Below, piece after piece: positions 50,075 through 64,000 of a DNA stretch of 64,000 bases; within the stretch, counting starts at the first letter, position 1, and every line of letters starts with the position of its first letter. Origin of the DNA: Yuukianura sp. NJ FZ-2021 (taxonomy: Eukaryota); assembly GCA_046563655.1 (NCBI GenBank), contig CM102290.1, forward strand, positions 3,782,001 through 3,846,000. Reading direction: 5' to 3'. Under the pieces are notes generated by a model that was not told the origin of the DNA, did no database searches, and was given only the letters and a program-made list of their open reading frames with translations. Both the position numbers and the translations under genes were made by a program.

Positions 50075-53000
50075 GGTACAAAATAGGTTCAAACTCTTGG
50101 ATCAACTCAAAATTGTGTTCACACAGAAAATGTCAGTGACATTTGTCAATTAGCAATAGATCGACATGAATTGTATCAAAGAATGAATTGGGTCAACAGG
50201 AGAATTGTTTCCGTAACCAATCATGTCACCTGGAAAATCCTTTAATTTGATTGGTTGAAGTACATTTTTTGTTATTGGCTGGGCAGGATGACGTCGACTT
50301 TTAGAATTTGTGAAATTGCCCAAAGATTTTTTGAATTCCTTGCAAAATTTGTTCATTTTCATTTTGTAACAAAAAATGACGTCAAGAAAACCATTGAGCT
50401 AGTTCAGAACTTTACTTTTTGATGATTTTCCATTTTATCATTTTTGCGTCATGTTCACTAAGAGAGTATGGCGCATGTAGTATGGTATTTCACTTTTGAA
50501 AATTATGAAATTTTGAGCAGTTTTTTTTCCTTTCGAGAAAAGTACCTTTAAAACACTAATAGTTACACTTAAAACCATTTTGTCTGGTTCCTGGTTTGAG
50601 CTATTCGGAGAATGACTTTTCCTTCAAAAGAAATCTTTAGAGATGAGATTCTAACGAAACAAACCAAGTTTTCAGCGAAGGAGTTCAAAATCTGTCCGAA
50701 AAAAGCTTTTTGTAAAATTTGAAATTTCAAAATTCTTCAGTACGCATTTAATTTTCTGTTGTTTGCTACGTAAAATTACAAGAAAAAGTAGCCTACACCG
50801 CTTCTAAATAATTACGGTGTCTTACGAATGTTGAAAAAGGAGGCTAATGTTTTCCTAATGGTTTCGAAAGAATGTATTCAAGCAGAAATTTATTCTTTTG
50901 TTGCCATCAAATTTGCAATTTTTTTGCACATTCTTCCAAGAGTCCTGTCTACTGACTGTAAAAGAGGATGTGGTAGATCTTCATCTCTCCAACACGTCAC
51001 AAGCATGGGCACATACGTTACAATTTGTGTAACCACTTACTCAGTGTAACCATCGTTGGTTACAAATATGGCGGTGGTTATAGCATTGGGTTACAACTAA
51101 CACAGTTTCGCCTTACTTCAACCCAGCATGTGCCTATTTTTTCATAGAAAAAGAACCGAGGGCTGCGGAAGTCGGGCTTGCCCGTGTTTGTTTCAAGTTA
51201 AAAACGCCAGACAATACGGAATTTTTTGCCGTTCGGCTTGGTTTGAATTGAAGATTGGATTTTTTTGCAACTTGAGCTCGCCGATTTTTTTTATCATTGA
51301 AACTTATTCTACCTGTTCATGTAACATGGACGGTGATGTTGTGGTACTGTGCAGATTGTTTGGTCCAAAGAGACTATAGCTTTATTCCACCACTATTAGT
51401 ACTTTATCCTTAACATTTTTTTCGTTCAAGTGTAAACTTCTCACACCCACAATCGCTGCATATTGCTGCTCTATACCACGCACACCAAAAAAAAACTTAC
51501 GATGATCTTTTAGGTAATTTGATGTAAAAGAGATTTTTGACGGCAAACGGTTTCAACCTCAAAATATTTGCAGACGAGGGCAGTCAACAGTACGAAGAAC
51601 GTTAGAAAAGGGCACAACTAAAATAATTTATACTACAAATTTATATTTACTGTATAAATTTATAGTTATAATTATAATATTTATAGTACAAAGTTATACA
51701 AAACAACGAGGGAGGTTGACAAAATCGAACAAGTGAGATATCAAACATAGAATCCAAGTGCCAAAAAGTTTTGCTCTGCCAAAATTTTTGTGTTTTCTAC
51801 AAACTCAACAATTTTTTAGTAAGAACTTTGGATTTTAAAGTAAGTTTACACGCTATACCTCAAACTACTTTATGTATTTCTAAATTTACGTAGTAAAAAT
51901 GCACTACAAAGAAAAAGAAGTCAACTTCCAAAAACCTTTTCAATGTCAAAATTCAAAGTTTACAATCAATTTTTTAAAGGAATTTGGTAGTAGCTCCATC
52001 CTGGGAGTAAAAGGTTTACAAAAAAGTGAAAGTTGGAAAGCACAACCGGCTAGCAGCGCATACACATCAAAACCATAAACCAAAAATTTCCCCCCGATTT
52101 CGTACTTGTTCGGACAGAATTTTCGGAGGATCCGAACCTTCCAAAAGCAGTTTTCCGGAATATTGGTCACTTTGTGTACTTTCTCCTCGACTTTCTCTAG
52201 GCTTAGGGTACTGACCCTCCCAAAGCCTAACTCCAAGTGAGTGTGCTCCTACTTTTCCGGGTTTTGTGAGTCGACGTGTCCAAAAGTTGTGGATAGACTC
52301 AAAAACATACCGCACAACATTCAACATACGAGTAGCCCACATACAAAAAATTGGAAAAGTTTTACCTTGGTACAATCTGAATACATTTGGAGTCCCTTGC
52401 AAAAGTAGAGAAGGAGACTGCGACAGAGGACGACTGACTTTCTCCAGCCCTTAACTGATTTATCCTAAGGGCTCCCCTTTTGACTGCATTGCGAACTCAC
52501 AGCTCAACTTTTAAATAACTTTTTAGTTTGTACTTTTATTAACACAATTAGTTAATTGAGGACTTAAATGAAGTTAAGCCAAAAGCACTAAAAAGAGCCT
52601 CTTTCTACACCATCCTTCAGACCTTCTCGACTTTCACTTTTCGGCAAAGTGTGTACGTCACTTTCTCAAAAAAGTTAACAGTAGTTTTATTATGTATATA
52701 TTATAGATATATGTAACAAATATTTAATTAACTGTAGAGTTGTTAAATTGCGATATGTTTGTTTTTTGCAGCCTTGTATTGAATTCTCAATGGAGTGAGT
52801 GCGGGTGATATTAAGTTCCTGCCAACAGCTTGGTCAAGTTCTGTCAAACATCAGCAGGTCTAGACTTGATCGCTGAAAAAAAATTTCTGGTGAGTTTTTA
52901 AAATTCCTGTTTTTAAAATTTTCAAAATCTTTACGCCTGGTACTTTTTTTTTTGAAAAATGATGCCGAGGAATGTGAGCAGCAAATTACGCTGCTAATTG

Positions 53001-54345
53001 ACAGTTATGTTGGATCACAAATAGTTAATTTAAGGAAAAAAAATTCTTGTAAAGTTTTGAATTATTTTGGGAAAACATTGCTAAACTCAAACTTTCGTTT
53101 TTGTTTTAAATTTTAATCTTTTTTTTTTTTGAAATTGCATGCGGCGGCGATGTCTTTTTCAAATTTTTTTTGGACTTAAAGTCAGACCACAGTTTTCTCT
53201 AGACTTACTGTCAAGGCAAAGAGAGTTTAGGCAGAATTCTAAAAATAAGAGTTTGGAAGGATTGAGGCGACAGAGAATGTCCTTCAGCAGAGGCACAAGA
53301 AACGAAGTGACTTCGTTTGTTCCTAGTTTAGAGCTTCTAGACATTTTCAAACTGTTCAAATAAGCTCCTGTTCAAAAAATGTCGCTGCTGGTCCCGTCTC
53401 ATGTCACGGCTACTGAGGCTGATGATGAGGAGGGCAAAGCATTTTGCTTACTCTAAACCTTGTCCTAATATTCAACTGGAGGGACAGGAAGATGGATTCA
53501 GCATAAATACCGTTAATGATCTTGATCTAAACCGAAAAATCAAAAGAGCTATTTTGGTTTTTCAAAAATACCCGCCCGGAAGACCTCGCTCGCAAAATTT
53601 AATTCCCACTTCTCAGTGCTACTCTTTTTTCAGCTTCTTTGTTTGCTAGAGACACAAAAATAACTGGGTCGCATTCTCTCTAGACTTAAAAAATAGCTCA
53701 GAAACAACAAGTTTTTAGAATTTGAAATGTTGAAACAGAACATTCAATGCCAAAAAACATGAAATCTATCAAAGAACTAAATGACAGAAGTCCATTATAA
53801 TAAATAAATGAACCATTCACTTTCTCCTTCCAAACCCCACAGATTTCCAATTACTTTTTAAGCAATTTAAAAAAAAATATATATAAAACTGGGTGTCAAT
53901 TGAAAAATTTTGTTAAAAATTTTTTTGAACTTGGACTTTGAATTCGCCGGAATGTGTTTGATGTTATGCGGAGGCGAAAAGTATAAGAGTAAAGCACTTT
54001 GAAAATTGTGTTATAGTCTTTTCGAAAAAACTTTTTCAAACTTTTTTTTTGAAACTTTTATTTTTGAAAACGTATTCTGAAAAATTATTAGCGGAACAAG
54101 TTTATGAGGTTCATCGACCTGCCACACCCTCTACCTTCATGTTTTGTTCCTCAAAAGTCAGGAAACCATGACGCTTTAACTTATAAAGCTCAGACGGCTT
54201 TCAACTGGTTCACCATGCATGATGTACTTTTATGGAACTTAAGAAAATGAAAAAGTATTTTTTTTTGAAATGATGGGTTTCGAAAACTTATTTCATTTTG
54301 TAATTTGAACTTACAGGGATTGAATTCCACAAGGGAAAGTTTTGA

Positions 54346-57300
54346 ATGGACTCAAAACGAGCTGAGACTGGAAATGTGGAAATTGGATCAAATCCACTGA
54401 CCAAGGAAGTGTAAGTAACTGCAAATGAATTATTTTACAGGTTAGGCTGTACTTGTTAAGCTAGATAAGGCTAAGCCTAACCTATCCTAAAATGGCCTCA
54501 GGCTGTTCGGATACGCTCCCAGGACATGCAAATTGGTATAATAGAATCCGGGTATTTTACGGAAGGATGAGCCACGCCACGCGACAAGGAAAGTTAATTG
54601 ATTTATTGGTTAAGAGGTTGCTGTGTAAATGGATCGATCTGCGCTAAAAATACTTTTAGATACCAAAAACCTTCTAGGAGATTAAACTTTTAAAAAAAGT
54701 GTTTTTGACCAAAATGAAATTTTTAAAACCCTTTTACCATATTTTTTGAAAATTTGATTCCCTTGTAATGGTATTCACAGGAAGGAGTACAAGTCGGAGT
54801 ACAAGAAGAACTTTCTTCCGTTTTCCCAGTACGAATACATTGATGGGAAATTTTTCAAGAAGAAAGGAAGTCACCAGGAGTCGGATAGCCCCTGGTACAA
54901 GGAGGTCATTGAACTCAGACAGAAGGCGGGAGAATACAAGGTAATTTTCAAAAAAAAAAAAAAATTCAAAAAGTCCGCCACTTTTTTTGATGCAGTCGTG
55001 GATTAAGGAGTGAAGCGATTTGTCTGTCATTTCGGTTTTGAAACTTTCTAATTTCTGAAATATGGAAATCCGACAAGTCAAAATGTGAAAGCAACTTTAG
55101 CAAAAAAAAATCCAACTTTGTTTTCACTTTACTAACAATAACCGGAGTACGTTTTTGGACACTACAAGAATTTTTTTTTTTAAATTTGGAATTTTTTTTA
55201 GAACTTAACCAAAAGTTAACTTTGTAGTTTCGAGGTTGGGGAACTGAGCTAGGGACGACAGTCGTAGTTCCTGCATTTAATCACCAGCTTTGGAAACATG
55301 TTTCACATAAAAGCTCCTTTAATGCCTTGGCCCTCATCACTACAACTTCCAGGTAACTTAACCTAACTAACCCAGCCTAAAATTTAACTTAACTTTTAAC
55401 TTTTTTAACTAAAACTAGTCATAACTTTTTAACTTTCAGAGGCTTGGCAAAAAAAGAAAAGTCAAAAGAAACTGCCACGAACGTTCCCTCTGGCCAGTCA
55501 GCCAAACCTGGAATTCGGCGTCCTCATACTGCCACGCCAAAACATCCACTCGGGTCAGAGGTTGACAGTTCCAAGGTACAGTGACAGACTGACAGGACAT
55601 TCGCAAACAGTTGCTTCATAATGACTTTTGGCAAAAAAAATTAGAACACGATTTTCAAAATCTAAAAAAAACTTTCATCTTTGTGTTTCCGGTCAAGGTC
55701 GGAAAAGATGACGATGCAAAGAGCAGTACGAGCGGAAAAGTTAAACAGGTGAAACCGCTCCGACCGTCCCAAACTAAAGGTACGTTTTACTATTTTGAAA
55801 TCCGAAATGTTTCGCGGTATCGATTTCATTCGGTATTGTTCGATTATGGGGGTTTCTTGGCATCAAAAACGAAAAATCGCTGATTCTAAATAAAATCAAG
55901 GCCTAAACAATAAATTTTGGTGACCACTTTTAAGGTCGATCGCAGTCAGCTGAACCTGGATTGCGCTACAAACGAAATTTGCCAAGCAAGCAGGGCGGAG
56001 CCGTTGGGCCACCAGGACCGGCCGGTTCAGTTCCAGTGACCGACCATCATCACCGTGGAGACGGCACTGGTGCCTCATGGAAAACAAAAGACAGCAGCGA
56101 CTCACCAGCAGGAGACAGCAGCTCACTCGCAAAGCACCGTCGGCCCAGTAAGTTTTTTTGAAATGTTTTTTGAAATTCCAATTCCACAGCTCCTTCTTTC
56201 TGGCTCTTGTCCAAAGCCAAGACAAAAATTCTTTTTCTTCTTGACACGTTTTCGCCCCGGTCTAAACCGCCGGATGCTTCATTTCATGCTCTTTGTCTCA
56301 AAAACTAATTTTTTCTCTCTTACTAAGTTCCAAATTTCGATTGAAATTAGGCAGAGGAGATGATGTTGCCGTGTCACTATTTCCTGACTTAACGTTTGAG
56401 ATCTTAACCTAAAATCTTTTACTATACACAAAACGGTTTGGCTGTTTTGGAGCTTTTCTTTTTTGCAAATTAACAAACTTGGCACTCTGATTTCAAAAAT
56501 GTCGCTGATTTTGCTCGGTAAGAAATGTGTGACTTGGCGACATTTTGATTGGTTCAATTATTTTGAAAAGTTCAAAGTTCTTGCTTAAGAGTTATACTAA
56601 AAATACTGCCAAATTTCAATCGATTTCACACAAAAATATTAACTAATTAACTAATCCAATATTATCTCCTCCCCCATACCCATAACACATGTGTAAAAAA
56701 AACAACGCTTCGATGCCTATAAAGCCCCCCTGACCTCTCACCTCTTGACCCCCCCCCCCCATTTCAAGGTCATGACAACCCCCCCTCCCCCCTCTTCAAC
56801 ATTGGACATGTGACCTCTTCATCCTTCATGACTTCCGTTTCTTCTTCTTTTTGTCTTCTGTATAGCTACCCTGTCCACGTCCCCAAGATCCAGGAGCACG
56901 GCGAGTAGTGTGGGGTCACGTGACCAGTCCAAGTCCACCATTCGACAGCACTTCAACAAAGGTAGCTCTCTAAATTCCCTTCTTGTCACCTTGTCAAGTC
57001 TTTGACCCACCAAAGCCCCACCATAGAAGGTGCCCCACCTCCTCTTTAGTTGGAGCCAGTTAGGTCAATGACCCCCAATGTGTTCCCCACGCCCCCCATA
57101 TGCGTCCCAACTGCTTACACTCCCGTTTTCCAGTGTTGCCACTGCTGCTGCTGCCGCTGCTGCTGCCGCCGCCGCCGCTGCCGCAAAAACTAACTTTTAC
57201 AAAATAACATGTACCCACTTTTAACTTTTCAAAAAAAGACACACTAACTTTTGAAAAAGAGAGAGATTGAGAGATGGGGTTATGGAGGTCAACAAGCTTT

Positions 57301-58254
57301 TGTTTGTCCAGGTTCCGTGGATCGGTCCTTGGACGGTACGGATGAAATCGTCATCAAGTCACCTCCTGAACCCACGCGGGTTAAGTCTCCGGATCAGGTG
57401 CTCCACTCACACAAAAACAAAAAACGTAGTCAAAAAACCCCCTCAACCCCCCACTTTGCCGAAAAAACGCACGGCATGTTATTTTTTAGCTATTTAAGAA
57501 TTTTGTGTTCAATTTCAATTTTTAAAGGCTAGCTGGCTCACAGCAGTAGATGTCGTACCATCCCTCCACTTAGCAAAAACTATTTTTTTAAAGAGGACAA
57601 ATTTAGAACAAAGTTAACACTTGACCTTTGACTCCTCTTTGGTTTAGGTAAAGCTAAGGTCACCTGATCCAGTCAACTGGATGGTTCCATTGGACACTAC
57701 CAGAGGCTTCACTGTCACACAGAGCCTTCCAAAAGGTAAAAATAACTTGCTAATTAAGTTATAGTTCATTTTTTTCCCTATGCAGTTGTTGATTTGATTT
57801 TTGAGAACGCGTAGCCCTATGAAACGTCTATGTTTTTTTTTTTAAATTCATCAAAATTTGAGGGTACTTTTCTAAAATTTCTCACAATACTATTTCTAAA
57901 TATGAAGAATTTTCCCATTCATTCATTCAAAGTTTTTGAAAATCAAAATAAAATTTTGAAAATTTATATCTCAGGAACGGAAAGCGATAAAGACCTAATC
58001 TCTTCGCGAAAAACTTTCAATCAATATGAAGAATTTTTACAAATTTTAAAAACTCCAAAATCGAAGATGAAGTTTTTTGTCAAATTTTGAAAAAAATTGC
58101 ACTGCAAAATCGAACGTCAAGGCGCGTTACAAAGCAAATCAACAACTGCACATAGAAAAAAAAATTAACTATAGGAAGTTATTAATTCATTGTTAATATA
58201 TTAATATTAATATCTGAATAACATTTTTTAGGTCCGGCTGTGGCGGGAGCTTGA
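54346..58254 (+). CDS. MDM1-family microtubule/centriole-associated protein (~357 aa model, 10 exons; N-terminus uncertain)
   Basis: Exons 54346-54410, 54781-54940, 55228-55352, 55440-55575, 55698-55779, 55935-56147, 56866-56961, 57312-57397, 57648-57735 and 58232-58254 splice in frame. KSEYKKNFLPFSQYEY...WYKEVIELRQKAGEYKFRGWGTEL resembles the MDM1 SEY..F / EVKELREKA block. KSPPEPTRVKSPDQ...SPDPVNWMVPLDT lies near the C-terminus. Family assigned from memory, not by search. Confidence 0.7.
57828..58097. repeat. Dispersed partial copy of the 318-bp palindromic satellite unit
   Basis: AAAGTTTTTGAAAATCAAAATAAAATTTTGAAAATTTATATCTCAGGAACGGAAAGCGATAAGACCTAATCTCTTCGCGAAAAAC... is nearly identical to 19978-20140. 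It lies in the last intron of the MDM1-like gene. Confidence 0.9.
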
Positions 58255-59363
58255 TAATGACTGTGCTGTGTACAACGTCGCCATTGCTTTAGACTTCATT
58301 CATTTTATCGCTTCAAAACAGAGTGTAACCAAAACTCTGATGCTACACGCAGACGCAAGTCCTCCAGAAAATGCCCAAAAAAATTTAGAACAAAGAAAAT
58401 CAATTTAAAAAAAAATTTAGACGCTTGTGGGAAACGGTCGTCAAATTTTGTTGCAACAAAAAAAAAGTTGACGTGAATTGATTTTCTCCTCCACTGAAAT
58501 TCTCCATCAAACTTGTGAGATTTTTCGCGACTCCTCCTAAAAAAAACATTCATCATCATTCCCATTTTCATTATCATTGAAACTAACATTTAAAAAAAAA
58601 CAAAGGTCAAAGGTCAACTCTTTTCGATTGTGAATTCAATCAACTAACTTAAAAAACTCAACCAAAGATCAATCACTTTAAAACTCGAACCGCAGGGTGG
58701 AACAGAGAAAGAAGAAAGTTTTCCTAAAAATTTCAACAAAAAAAATTTGAAGCAGCTCTTTACAACGCTATAATTGTAATTCGTAATTATTTCTTATTAA
58801 AATTTTGATTCCAGTGGAATCAAAAGAAAAGGTAAATCCAAAACGTAGAATTTTAGGCAAAATGCTATCAATTCAAAAAAATTAAAACTAATGAAAAAAA
58901 ATAATAAAATGTGACAAAATTGGATGGGACCGACTAAATTTTAATAATGTTGGGTTGGGTAAATCCATTTTAAATCTGAAGAAGATTTTTTTTAATTTAA
59001 TAGTTATTAATTATAATAATTATTTAAACATGGGGATCTGGGTTTTGGTTTAAATAGAATATGAATCGATTCAAGTCCTGCTAAGTATAAACTAAAGATA
59101 CAACAATCTAACGCGCGTATTTTTCAAATGGAAACCATTAATTTTTTATAACATTTTGGAACTTATGATGTTAAATTCGAATCCAATTAATGATAAAGTT
59201 TGGTTCAATTTTTCTATAAAAAAAATTAGGATAATCCTGCATAAAAATTATGATATTTGGAAATCAAATCTGTAAATCTATGTTTGGATTCAGTGTTAAA
59301 ATTAAGGCGGAAGACTCCGCACGGTTGTCCAGCCGTTTTGAATCCACCATTGACGGTGACACT

Positions 59364-62300
59364 TCAATGTTCATCGAAAAGAGGAGTATCATCGCCTAAT
59401 GAACTTTCAACCATTGACCGAGGACTAAAGTTCGTTTTCGGCGTAGAGCGAAGACTGTCTCGTCCGCCTCTTGGAGAGCGATGATGGTTATTCTGGTGAG
59501 GCGGGAAATTGTGAACAGCATGAGACATTTGACGTGTCTGTAATAAATCAAACACAAAAAAGTGGAATTCGGTTATTAGAATAAGGAATTTTGCACAAGT
59601 CTGAATAACAAAATTTACTTTTTCGATTCCTTCGCTGATAATTGATGCAGCATCGCGAGTAGCTGGCGTTCGAGCTCCCTCTCCATCGTGTCGATTGTAT
59701 TGCCCATGACGTTTTTGATGTGAACTGGCCCAAGCTTCTGCAGCTCTTCTCCAATCCAAATTCTCTCCCGCAGCCATCGAAACAGTGCTTCGTGGAGGTT
59801 GTGGTATCCTAGTAATTCCATAACCAAAATATTTATTGCTCTCCCGTATGCTTATGGTTTCATGAAAGTTAGGTAATTGACAATTAAAGTTAGACTTACC
59901 TCTGAGTTTGGGTCCGATGTGTTGAGATAGTACTTTGCGCCGGATGTACAAAACCGGGAGTCACTTGGGCATGCTGAGCAGGCGTAGTAGGAAATCCTGA
60001 CGATTGATACGGAGTCATATACGGCGTCTGAGCAGTTGGAGTGTATGGCTATGAAATTACAAAAGCAAAAAATAAAAAATCAGGATTTAAGTATGATCGA
60101 GTATCCTGAACTTCAAAAAAAGTGTGACTACTTACAGTATGTGAAGCATAAGGAGTAAATCCCTGAGCAGGAGTTGTAGCAGCAAAATGTGGAGTCGTTG
60201 CGACATGAGTAACGTGGCTGACATGACTTTGTGCAGGCGGTGGAACGTAGAAACTTGACGCCGGTGGAGGCACAAGTCTTGCAGTCACTTCCACTGTTAC
60301 CAAAACAGTATCAAAAGTTATATCCGTCACATCCAGCACATCCACAATCCAAACTTACTGAAAAATAAATACAACTTACCATTGTTTCCAGGCGTAGCAA
60401 ATGGAGTTCGAGCTACAACAGGATTATTATTGACTGGAGTAGCTTGAGGCGGTGGATCTCGGTAATGTTCTTTGAACCATTTCAGCATGTGACCCAACGT
60501 CTCAAAAGTTTCTCCACGAAATCGACACCCCTCTGCTTTGAGACTGATAAATTCATGTCGAACTTTGTCTTTTGGTAAGTAGGCAATTACGAATTTCCCA
60601 GGAAATTCTTTGGAAGGATACAAGACATAGTGAATTTTGTTTGCACTCCGCTGCTTCTCCTGGAGCAGATACTCATCCACTGCTTTCCGATCCTCAAAGG
60701 CCTTGAAGTACTTGTAGTTCAAAATATCTCGAGCATAGGCAGCCATTGGATTTATGTACCGTGCAATTATTTCATCCAAGTCTTCAAACTCCTCTTCGCC
60801 AATCCACAGGGACTGGCCTAAGCTGAAAGCATTCTCTTTTCCTTGTTCCTTGATGTCAATGTGTTGGTATATCCCGTCACATACTTTCCAGGTTACGGTC
60901 AAATGATCTTCTCCCTAAATTATTTTCAAAATAAGTAAATCTGCACTTATTTTTCAAAAATGTTTAGTTTTACCTTGCTTGATGGTCGTATGATAGCATC
61001 TCCTTGATCCATTTGCTCCATAAGCTTTTCAGACTCTCGAAAGGAAATATTTTTAAATGATGGATGGATGATGACTCGCTTGACATACGTCATCCTGTGC
61101 TTGTTTTGCTTCATTTGTTCTTCTTTCTTTCGTTGAGCTTCGTCTGCCTCGTGGTCGTAATACGGATCCTTCTGTGGCCTGATGAAAGTAAGCGATTTTG
61201 GATTAGATAAATTGAAAATGTCACAATAACAAATGGCAAGTTAAGAAATCTCACCTCCACTCGTTGGAAGCATCCACGAGATCCGACGTCCGAGATGTGC
61301 ACTCAACAGACAATCTGTCAACGTCAATCCTGGTAACACGACAGTGGACACTTTGGCCTTTCCGCACACGACTTTCTGGATTTGTGACTTCTTTATCCGA
61401 AAGTTTTGAAATTGGAATGAAACCAAAAATTCCACTGTCAAGACGAAGACGGATTCCAGTAGCTTGACCTGGACAAGCGCTGGCATCAAAATGATTCCAA
61501 ACCTACAAATCCAAAAACCAAAATGTCAACAGTTGCTGAGAAAAACAAAGATAAAAAAGGTAACCATGACAACGTAGAATTTCTTTACTTACCTCGGAAA
61601 GATCTGTAAAATCATTTCGGAAGCAAAACGAGCACTGCCACGTTCCAGTTTGTTCGTTTTTCACTGGAATAGCATTGTCTAATTGTTCTCCTTGCGGCTT
61701 CTTGTGCGTAACACCTATATTTGGATGTGTAGATGTGTTTTAAAATTTCAACGTTTCAAAAATACTTTTAAAATTTCAACTCTTCAAAAATACTAAAACT
61801 GCAACTTACCAATCACAGTAGCAACTACAAGTTTGCCCAAATACAGCGTGTCGGGAGTTTCCTTGGTGAGAATGTTAAAAAGCTCTTCGGATGTAGGTGG
61901 TTGAAATGGTATTCGGTAGTCAGCATATACTGGATTCAGTTCTTTACGAATATCGTACAGCGTAATTTTCTTGTCTCCAAATCCCTAAGGCAAACATAAA
62001 CATTATTCCACCGCTTACATTACAAATACCAAAGTAATTCCATTACTCAAAATTTGCCTTAATACCTGGCGTGCCAATTCATCAGCAAAAGCATCCAAAT
62101 CCAAATCCTTCAATCTCTCCGGTGAAAGTAAAATCTCTTCCAGCGCCGTCGCTGGATTCGTATCTTCATCGTCTAAATCCAAAGCATCCACTGCCATTTT
62201 GCGAGCCCATTCATACGTTTCTGGATGGACGCGAGAACTATCCAAAGCCTCAACATAGGCGTCCGTGCTGAAATAGATTAAAGCATCTCCATTTATAAAG

Positions 62301-63979
62301 TTTTTCTAAACAATATTTTTCAAACTGAGATAAAAAAAAACATACCTATCGCCCAAAGCATTTGTGTCTATCTTGATAAATCCTGAACAATTGATAAATA
62401 CTTTCGGCCCCATGTGACACAGTGTAATAAGTTGTGTTCTGTTTTCCAAGCGATGATTGTTTTGTTTCAATACCTGCCAAGTATTGCAAGTTATGATACA
62501 AGTCTTGTGCTAAATACCAAAATATGCTTGTATTACTTTGAGTAGTTGCGTCGCTTTCCTTGGTCCAAGTCCACAAACAAATTGAAGAATATTGGCAGTA
62601 TGAGGAAGAGCAATACAACGGTTGACATCCACTCCAACTTCGTTTACTCGATTGACAAATTCCAGTTGAAGGTATTCCAACAATTCTTCTCTTGGAACTT
62701 GATCCTGAAAATGATTTCATAATTTCAGGAATTTCAAAAAAAAATTGCACTTGAAATTTTTTTGTGAAAATTTTTTGTCATACCTGTAGAGGATGATAGC
62801 GGAGACACAGAATTTCGTCGTCGGCAGTGCATAGTTGAGAAAACTCGATCATAGCATCCTGTAACTTCCTTCCCAATGAAATCGCTTCTCGTAGTAAACT
62901 AGGATATTCTCGAAAATCGTTCTAGAAAAAGTAATTAAACACCAATTAAATTAGCATTTAATAGTTCATAATGCAGTTTCAAAAAGCTTACCATTCCTTT
63001 GATTGAATTTGAATACACTTTGGATAACTGGTTGTCCAGAATTTCAACATTAATTATTGGAACTTTGTCTTCTTTGGCAATGTCCAGACATACAAACTTC
63101 ACATCATTTTGAATCATAATGGCATCCCGAGACTCTCCTCCAATCACAACTACATGCGGTTTCTTGAGCCGAATAAAATTCTTCAGTGCCACAAGGTCAG
63201 CCTCCTGAAAAACAAAAACAAAATCTTTAAGACTTTGATTAGAAAAACTCAAAAATTTAAAACTGCTCAGTTATATTACCTTTTCTATTCTATCCGATTC
63301 CCTGCCTGATTTGGTACTCTTTGTTATATTGGATAGACGTAAGTAATCAGACGGCTCTCCATCAACTCCAACAAAACATGCAAACGCAACTTGAGTCAAA
63401 TCCGGAACATAAGCAATTGCCAAGACCTTGATTCCTTTGGAAGTAATCCAATCTCCCTCTTCATCGTCTTCTGGAAGATCTGAAAATTCTGGATCATAAG
63501 GCTTAACCTATGGAAAAACCACATGTTATAAATTTCCGAACATTTCTTTATCAAATAACAAAATACCTCAAGCCATCCCCTTAGTTTAGCTGCCGCTGCT
63601 TCAAGAATATGATTTTTCGCTTGGGTCATTAATTTGACACGGAGTTCTTTCCTTAACGCTGGAAAAACATGTGTCTCCAGTGCTAATTCTATTGTTTCCC
63701 CACGGAGTTCATTCCAGAGTTGAACATTGGTCGTAAATTCATCCTAATAAGCATCGATCACAAACAAAAATAACGTTTATAACAATGAAAAGCAATTAAA
63801 CTTATGGACTTACCTTGTAATAAAGCTGCTTCACTTCATCAATATAGTTTCCCTGAGTTATGCCTTTGATAAACTCTGCAATTTTAACGTTGACAAGTCC
63901 ATCCTCCTCTGCAGTCGTAATTCGAAGAAACATGTCTCCACTGACCTCTCGCACCGGTTTTCCTTTTAGATATTTGACC
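59364..63979 (-). CDS. Spt6: Transcription elongation factor / histone chaperone Spt6, 3' portion (5' end outside window)
   Basis: [15 protein letters not shown] (YqgF/RNase H-like), [22 protein letters not shown] (HhH region), S1 domain, tandem SH2 ([29 protein letters not shown]), C-terminal ...[10 protein letters not shown]. Many short GT-AG introns. Confidence 0.96.
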
Positions 63980-64000
63980 CTGTCAAGGGCGAAATTCGGA

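Noticed and set aside
51946..53649. Several 60-110 aa ORFs on both strands upstream of the MDM1-like gene
   Set aside because: No recognisable domain and no consistent in-frame splicing.
57134..57210. Poly-alanine coding exon from the (GCT/GCC)n tract
   Set aside because: The poly-Ala frame is out of phase with the flanking exons and the donor is weak; treated as a microsatellite.

Overview
Gene-dense, AT-rich eukaryotic DNA with many short (about 60-100 nt) GT-AG introns. The protein sequences point to a compact arthropod genome (inference). Nine spliced protein-coding genes were reconstructed by hand: SPPL3 (+), Gprk1/GRK2 (+), Ptp69D (-), TRIM37 (-), an unrecognised 192-aa four-TM protein (+), a group III secreted PLA2 (+), SERCA (-), an MDM1-family protein (+) and the 3' part of Spt6 (-). 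There are several MITE-type non-autonomous DNA transposons, two minisatellites and a ~318-bp satellite built from palindromes. No prokaryotic system, CRISPR array, tRNA or rRNA was seen. The main unexplained signals are: (i) a ~6-kb multi-exon, ATG-depleted, G-U-hairpin-rich + strand non-coding region that starts ~100 nt after the SPPL3 poly(A) signal and leads into Gprk1; (ii) a dense cluster of nuclear-receptor (AGGTCA) elements across the four-TM gene; (iii) a pre-miRNA-like hairpin in a Gprk1 intron; (iv) several candidate alternative SERCA C-terminal exons. All gene models and counts were made by eye without database searches.
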